From positions 1-29,598 of the forward strand of contig JBJHCF010000054.1 in NCBI GenBank assembly GCA_050506795.1: DNA of 29,598 bases. The letters are read 5' to 3'. This document shows positions 26,769 through 29,598 of this stretch, one piece after another; position 1 is the first letter of the stretch; every line of letters starts with the position of its first letter. The DNA is from Opitutia bacterium (GTDB lineage Bacteria > Verrucomicrobiota > Verrucomicrobiia > Opitutales > T3Sed10-336). The notes below the pieces were generated by a model. The model was not told the origin of the DNA. It made no database searches and saw only the letters and a program-made list of their open reading frames with translations. A program made the translations under genes and the position numbers.

Positions 26769-29276
26769 ATGATGAAGATTATTACCTCGATTTCCGTATT
26801 AGCCGTGGCCGTTCAGTGTTTTGGGGAAGACCCGATATTCCGGGATGTTTTTACGGCGGATCCGGCTCCCCGGGTTGTTGATGACACGGTGTATGCCTAT
26901 GCAGGATGCGACAACGCAAGAGGGGGCGTTTCCCTGCCTCCGAATTCTATGAAAGATTCTGTTCAGTTATTTCCGTTAAGCAGCGTGCGGCTCTCCGAGG
27001 GGCCTTTTCTCGGGGCGGTTGACGTAAATCGGCAATATCTGCTGGCTCACGATGCGGATCGACTGCTGGCGCCGTACCGGCGGGAGGCGGGCCTGGCGAG
27101 TCGGGCGCGTCCCTATGGCAACTGGGAAAGCGACGGTCTCGACGGGCATACCGCCGGGCATTATCTTTCCGCGTTGGCCTTCATGATCGCCGCTGGCGCC
27201 GATCCGGACGGGGAGTTTCAACGCCGTCTGGTCTATATGGTCGATGAGCTTGCGGAAATCCAGGCCGCCCACGGTGACGGATACCTTGGGGGGCTCAGGG
27301 GCGGCCATGCGTTTTGGCAGGAAGTCGCCGGCGGTCGTGTCGATCTCGTTGATACTCGATGGGCTCCCTGGTATGCCCTGCACAAGATGTTCAACGGGCT
27401 TCGTGACGCCTACCTGCACGGTGGCAGCGAAAAAGCCCGAGACCTCCTGATTCGCTACGCCGACTGGTGTCATGATACGACGTCCGGACTCAGCGATGCG
27501 CAGATGCAACGAATGCTCGATACGGAGTACGGCGGTATGAACGAGGTGCTGGCCGATGTTTATGCGATCACCGGGGAGAGGAAATACCTGGACCTTGCGA
27601 AACGATTTAACCATCGCGTTATTTTCGAGCCTTTGGTGAATCGTCAGGACAGGCTTACCGGCCTTCATGCCAACACCCAGATTCCCAAGATCATAGGCAT
27701 GCAGCGCATCGCGGAACTGGACGACGACCGATCGCTACATTCCGGGGCGGCATTCTTCTGGGATACCGTTACTTCCACCCGGAGCTTGGCTTTTGGCGGA
27801 AATAGTGTGAGCGAACATTTCTATGCGCCAAACGATTTCAGCAGAATGATTGCTCATCGCGAGGGACCGGAAAGCTGCAACAGCTACAATATGCTGCGGC
27901 TCACGGAGGAACTGTTTAAGGCGGAGCCGAGGGCCGCATACGCCGACTACTACGAGCGGGCGCTTTATAATCATATTCTGGCTTCCATTCATCCGGAGAA
28001 ACCCGGCTACGTTTACTTTACCTCGATCCGTCCCGATCACTACCGGGTCTATTCGCAGCCGGAGGTCGCCTTCTGGTGCTGCGTTGGCACCGCCATGGAG
28101 AACCCCGGACTCTACGGGCGGTTCATTTACGCGCAGAAGGATGACCAGTTATACGTGAATCTATTCATTCCTTCGGAACTCACCGTGGCCGAGGGCGGTT
28201 TGGTGCTCCGGCAGGAAACACGGTTTCCGGACGAGGCGATGACGAAGCTGCACCTGGAACTCCCGAAGCCCGTCACCTTTACCTTGAGTATTCGCCATCC
28301 GGAGTGGGTCGACGCGGAAGGGTTCGCGGTCAAGGTCAACGGGGAGCCGGTTGATGTCGACTCGACCCCGTCTTCGTATGCTGCGATTAGCCGGGAATGG
28401 AGCAACGGCGACACCGTCGAAGTGGAGCTCCCGATGCGTACCCGCGTCGAGCGTCTTCCCGATGGTTCGGATTGGGTGGCTTTTCTCTACGGACCGATCG
28501 TGTTGGCGAAGCCGGCGGGGGCTGAGCGGACGGACGGTTTGTTCGCGGATGGCGGGCGGATGGCGCATGTGGCGCACGGTCCCATGGTCGCTTTGGACAA
28601 GGTGCCCTCGCTGCTTTCAACGAAGGAGGATGTGCTCGAACACCTGGTGGAGGATCGGTCCGCCGGACCGTTACATTTTCGTTTGCTGAATGTGATCGAA
28701 CCGCCGAATGCGGAGGGTTTGCCGCTGATCCCGTTTTTCCGGCTCCACGAAGAACGCTATCAGATGTACTGGGAACTCACAACCGCCGAACAGCTTGAGG
28801 CCCGAAGGGAAAGGCTGGCGGTCGAAGAACGCGCACGTGAAGCGCGTGAGGCGGCCACCATAGACTGGATCGCCGTCGGTGAGCAGCAACCTGAAGTGGA
28901 GCACGACCTCGTGGGAGAAGGCATGCAAACGGGCATTCACAACGGTCGGCGTTGGCGCCACGGCGCCTGGATTCAATACACCCTCGATCCTCGAGGCGCC
29001 GACGATGTGATTTTGGCCGTTACCTATTCCGGTGATGATCGTGGCCGGGTATTCGACATTCTGGTCAATGGGACGACTATCGCCACGCAAAGATTAACTG
29101 GCGAAGCGCCGAACCACTTCGTTGAAAAACGTTATCCGATTCCTTCCGCGATACTGCAGGCCGACGGAGGCGATCGTCTTACCGTTCGATTTGCGGCCAG
29201 ACAAGGTTTGGCTGGCGGACTTTTTGATGTGCGTTTGATAAAACCAGGTGCACCGGAATTGCTTCCCTTTAATTAG
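26769..29276 (+). CDS. GH146/GH127-type (DUF1680) beta-L-arabinofuranosidase-like glycosidase with C-terminal accessory domains
   Basis: YGNWE..GHTAGHYLSA, PWYALHK, EYGGMNE, HANTQIPK, GGNSVSEHF, ESCNSYNML, WCCVGTAMEN, YGPIVL, GEQQPEVEH. Confidence 0.9.
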   Translation: MMKIITSISVLAVAVQCFGEDPIFRDVFTADPAPRVVDDTVYAYAGCDNARGGVSLPPNSMKDSVQLFPLSSVRLSEGPFLGAVDVNRQYLLAHDADRLLAPYRREAGLASRARPYGNWESDGLDGHTAGHYLSALAFMIAAGADPDGEFQRRLVYMVDELAEIQAAHGDGYLGGLRGGHAFWQEVAGGRVDLVDTRWAPWYALHKMFNGLRDAYLHGGSEKARDLLIRYADWCHDTTSGLSDAQMQRMLDTEYGGMNEVLADVYAITGERKYLDLAKRFNHRVIFEPLVNRQDRLTGLHANTQIPKIIGMQRIAELDDDRSLHSGAAFFWDTVTSTRSLAFGGNSVSEHFYAPNDFSRMIAHREGPESCNSYNMLRLTEELFKAEPRAAYADYYERALYNHILASIHPEKPGYVYFTSIRPDHYRVYSQPEVAFWCCVGTAMENPGLYGRFIYAQKDDQLYVNLFIPSELTVAEGGLVLRQETRFPDEAMTKLHLELPKPVTFTLSIRHPEWVDAEGFAVKVNGEPVDVDSTPSSYAAISREWSNGDTVEVELPMRTRVERLPDGSDWVAFLYGPIVLAKPAGAERTDGLFADGGRMAHVAHGPMVALDKVPSLLSTKEDVLEHLVEDRSAGPLHFRLLNVIEPPNAEGLPLIPFFRLHEERYQMYWELTTAEQLEARRERLAVEERAREAREAATIDWIAVGEQQPEVEHDLVGEGMQTGIHNGRRWRHGAWIQYTLDPRGADDVILAVTYSGDDRGRVFDILVNGTTIATQRLTGEAPNHFVEKRYPIPSAILQADGGDRLTVRFAARQGLAGGLFDVRLIKPGAPELLPFN

Positions 29277-29395
29277 TTGCTTTCAAGGGCTGCCTCGGAC
29301 GATGTCCCGGCGGGAATATTCCCCGCCTGAGCATGGCTCCGTCGTTTCACCTTCACCTTAAAACCGATGAAAGCTATCAAATTTCTCCTTCTGCC

Positions 29396-29596
29396 ATGAA
29401 ATTTGATTCGATTGTTTCGATCGGCGCCTCGCTGTTTGCTCTGGGTTTCGTGGGCTGTCTGCAGCATGGCCCTAATGGATCATGGCCGTTTTTGCATAGG
29501 TCCGGGGCGTCAGCCGGAGGTTCCGTGACGGGATCCGCCGTCCGCACACCGCACAGACGCCCGCTTAAGCAGGGCGCTACGAATTCCGCCACGTAG
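29396..29596 (+). CDS. Short lipoprotein-like ORF or gene remnant
   Basis: MKFDSIVSIGASLFALGFVGC looks like a lipoprotein signal. The remainder is short and unrecognisable. Confidence 0.25.
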   Translation: MKFDSIVSIGASLFALGFVGCLQHGPNGSWPFLHRSGASAGGSVTGSAVRTPHRRPLKQGATNSAT

Positions 29597-29598
29597 GT

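Noticed and set aside
29309..29327. Intrinsic terminator after the glycosidase (ggcggg..cccgcc)
   Set aside because: A hairpin is present but there is no U-tract on either side.

Overview
GC-rich bacterial window whose gene families suggest a PVC-superphylum organism, probably Verrucomicrobia (inference). In order it contains: a CDGSH/FMN glutamate-synthase-like gene with a glutathione peroxidase; a GSDH-type beta-propeller; a LamG plus beta-helix secreted enzyme; a palindrome-rich spacer; a signalling region (ECF sigma, truncated Ser/Thr kinase, methyltransferase, membrane-fused ECF sigma, intact receptor-like Ser/Thr kinase, LRR ORF); secreted and membrane ORFs; a DUF418 protein; a decayed second copy of the sigma/kinase module; a zinc-dependent dehydrogenase with an encapsulation-peptide-like N-terminus; a PAS hybrid histidine kinase; an ABC permease with a truncated ATPase; and a GH146/GH127-type glycosidase. 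Main observations: (1) an ECF sigma/Ser-Thr kinase system in which all three kinase starts share a (T/G)GTAAC-N16-GWAWG promoter-like motif, while only one sigma of that type and one kinase are intact; (2) a ~670-bp direct repeat with mosaic divergence; (3) about six truncation or fusion junctions; (4) a possibly microcompartment-targeted dehydrogenase with no shell genes nearby. No rRNA, tRNA, CRISPR, transposase, integrase or reverse transcriptase was recognised. All calls come from reading motifs by eye; no searches were run.
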